Of a DNA stretch of 64,000 nt, positions 62,733 to 64,000 are shown in pieces. Position numbers and translations under genes: made by a program. How positions within the stretch are numbered: position 1 is the first letter of the stretch; every line of letters starts with the position of its first letter. The stretch is from an uncultured cyanobacterium. Its GTDB lineage: Bacteria > Cyanobacteriota > Cyanobacteriia > Cyanobacteriales > Cyanobacteriaceae. The DNA lies in contig CAVQBA010000007.1 in assembly GCA_963710605.1 (NCBI GenBank), forward strand, positions 320,001 through 384,000. The letters are read 5' to 3'. A model generated the notes under the pieces. It saw only the letters and a program-made list of their open reading frames with translations, was not told the origin of the DNA and did not search any database.

Positions 62733-63134
62733 ATGGAATCTACTAAAGTTGAAGAATCAATGCCCCAAATTACAGATGACACACCAGGTGTCATTACAAC
62801 AACTAATGTTCCCACAGAGGAACCTGTCTGGCAGGAATACTTAGATGTTATTAATAGTTTTTTGACAACTTTACCTGATGAGTTGGCTAGTTTTTTCTCG
62901 GACAACAAAAAACCTTTAACTAGTATCGGTTTAATCATAGCAGGTGCGATTGCTGTTTATATTACTATTGCTGTATTAGATGCAATTAACAATATTCCTC
63001 TTTTATCACCTATTCTTGAACTAGTTGGTATTGGTTATTTTGTTTGGTTTGCTAGTCGTTATCTAATCAACAAATCTGCTCGCTCTGAATTAATTGCTGA
63101 GTATGAGAGTCTCAAGCAACGAATATTAGGCTAA
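62733..63134 (+). CDS. curT: CAAD domain protein (CurT/CURT1-like thylakoid curvature protein)
   Basis: AVLDAINNIPLLSPILELVGIGY..WF..RYL...AR.EL. Confidence 0.8.
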   Translation: MESTKVEESMPQITDDTPGVITTTNVPTEEPVWQEYLDVINSFLTTLPDELASFFSDNKKPLTSIGLIIAGAIAVYITIAVLDAINNIPLLSPILELVGIGYFVWFASRYLINKSARSELIAEYESLKQRILG

Positions 63135-63447
63135 TTATTCATTAGTTTAAGTTTTGATTTTTTGTTTGGAGGTGAACTTTATTTTGTTTGCCTCTATTCT
63201 GAAGACAAATCATCAGTCTTTGAATTCGGAATTAGGAATTCTAAATTCGGAATTAACACTCGTAATAAAACCGCAACTATACTATTTTTAAGTATTTATG
63301 GCGGACAAAAGCGGTGTAAGGGATACGGTAATTCTCTAACCCTCTACTCTAACTCTTAAATTCACGAATCCATTAACTACTTTCGAGAGCAAGGTCTAAT
63401 TATTTTAATTGTCCATTGTCAATTGTCAATTGTCAATTGTAAACCCT

Positions 63448-64000
63448 ATGTTTCACTTCCGTATTCAAGCTGGTAGCCAAGTTTCTTCTTCTCAACAATT
63501 AGTTGACCAAATTCAATTTGCGATCGCTTCTCGCCAATATCACCCTGGTCAAAAATTACCTAGTACAAGACAATTAGCACAAATAACAGGTTTACACCGC
63601 AACACTATTAGTAAAGTTTATCGTCAGTTAGAAGAAAACGGCTTAGTAGAATCAATTACAGGCTCAGGTATCTATGTTAAAGCCCAAGGGCATGAGGGAG
63701 GCACACTTTTAACTTCTGCACCAATTTTAGAAGCCTATCCGGCGACACAAAATATTATTAAACAAAGTTTGGATGAGTTGTTATTACAAGGATTTAATTT
63801 AGAACAAATCAAACAATTGTTTTTAGCAGAAATTGATTGGCGATTACATTGTAATGCTTTGGTGATAGTTGCTGTTCCTTTTAATGATATGGGTGCAGGA
63901 AAATTAATCACCTTAGAGTTAGAAGAAGCATTATTAATTCCGATTGAATTAGTAACTATCGAAGAATTAAATCAAGTATTAAAAACTTCTGAATCGGCAA
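63448..64000 (+). CDS. plmA: GntR family regulator, PlmA subfamily (partial, runs off window; not in ORF track)
   Basis: MFHFRIQ...QLVDQIQFAIASRQY.PG.KLPSTRQLA..TGLHRNTISKVYRQLEE.GLV....GSGIYV. Confidence 0.88.
   Translation, partial: MFHFRIQAGSQVSSSQQLVDQIQFAIASRQYHPGQKLPSTRQLAQITGLHRNTISKVYRQLEENGLVESITGSGIYVKAQGHEGGTLLTSAPILEAYPATQNIIKQSLDELLLQGFNLEQIKQLFLAEIDWRLHCNALVIVAVPFNDMGAGKLITLELEEALLIPIELVTIEELNQVLKTSESA

Noticed and set aside
1-64000. tRNA, rRNA, transposase or integrase genes
   Set aside because: None recognised by eye; a tRNAscan/Rfam run would be needed to exclude small RNAs.

Overview
AT-rich cyanobacterial chromosome segment. The evidence is HIP1/CGATCG motifs, heptamer tandem repeats, ccmK3/K4, curT, plmA and a cyanobacterial-type lysC; it looks Cyanobacterium/Geminocystis-like, but that is inference. 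Most of the window is housekeeping and transport genes: ispE, ybeY, a KtrB-type K+ transporter, an nrt-type ABC operon in B-A-C-D order, fumC, smtA/smtB, mntCAB, tyrA, gap-arsJ, pdhC, corA and lepB. The best candidate for an undescribed system is a compact minus-strand cassette at 52.3-55.2 kb. It encodes a clavaminate-synthase-like Fe/2OG dioxygenase, an argininosuccinate-synthase paralogue with remodelled substrate motifs, and a YbaK-type tRNA deacylase. Together these suggest synthesis of a non-proteinogenic amino acid with tRNA-editing self-protection. It sits beside an NLR-like NACHT protein with about 16 near-identical 93-bp HEAT repeats. Other notable items are a ~50-nt structured element nested inside a second copy of itself with compensatory base pairs (23441-23541), a metallothionein missed by the ORF track, ManR-like boxes, a decayed prlF-yhaV toxin-antitoxin pair and TATAGC-ended MITE-like elements. 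Five single-base frameshifts in otherwise intact genes suggest indel errors in the sequence. All family calls are by motif recognition; no database searches were run.
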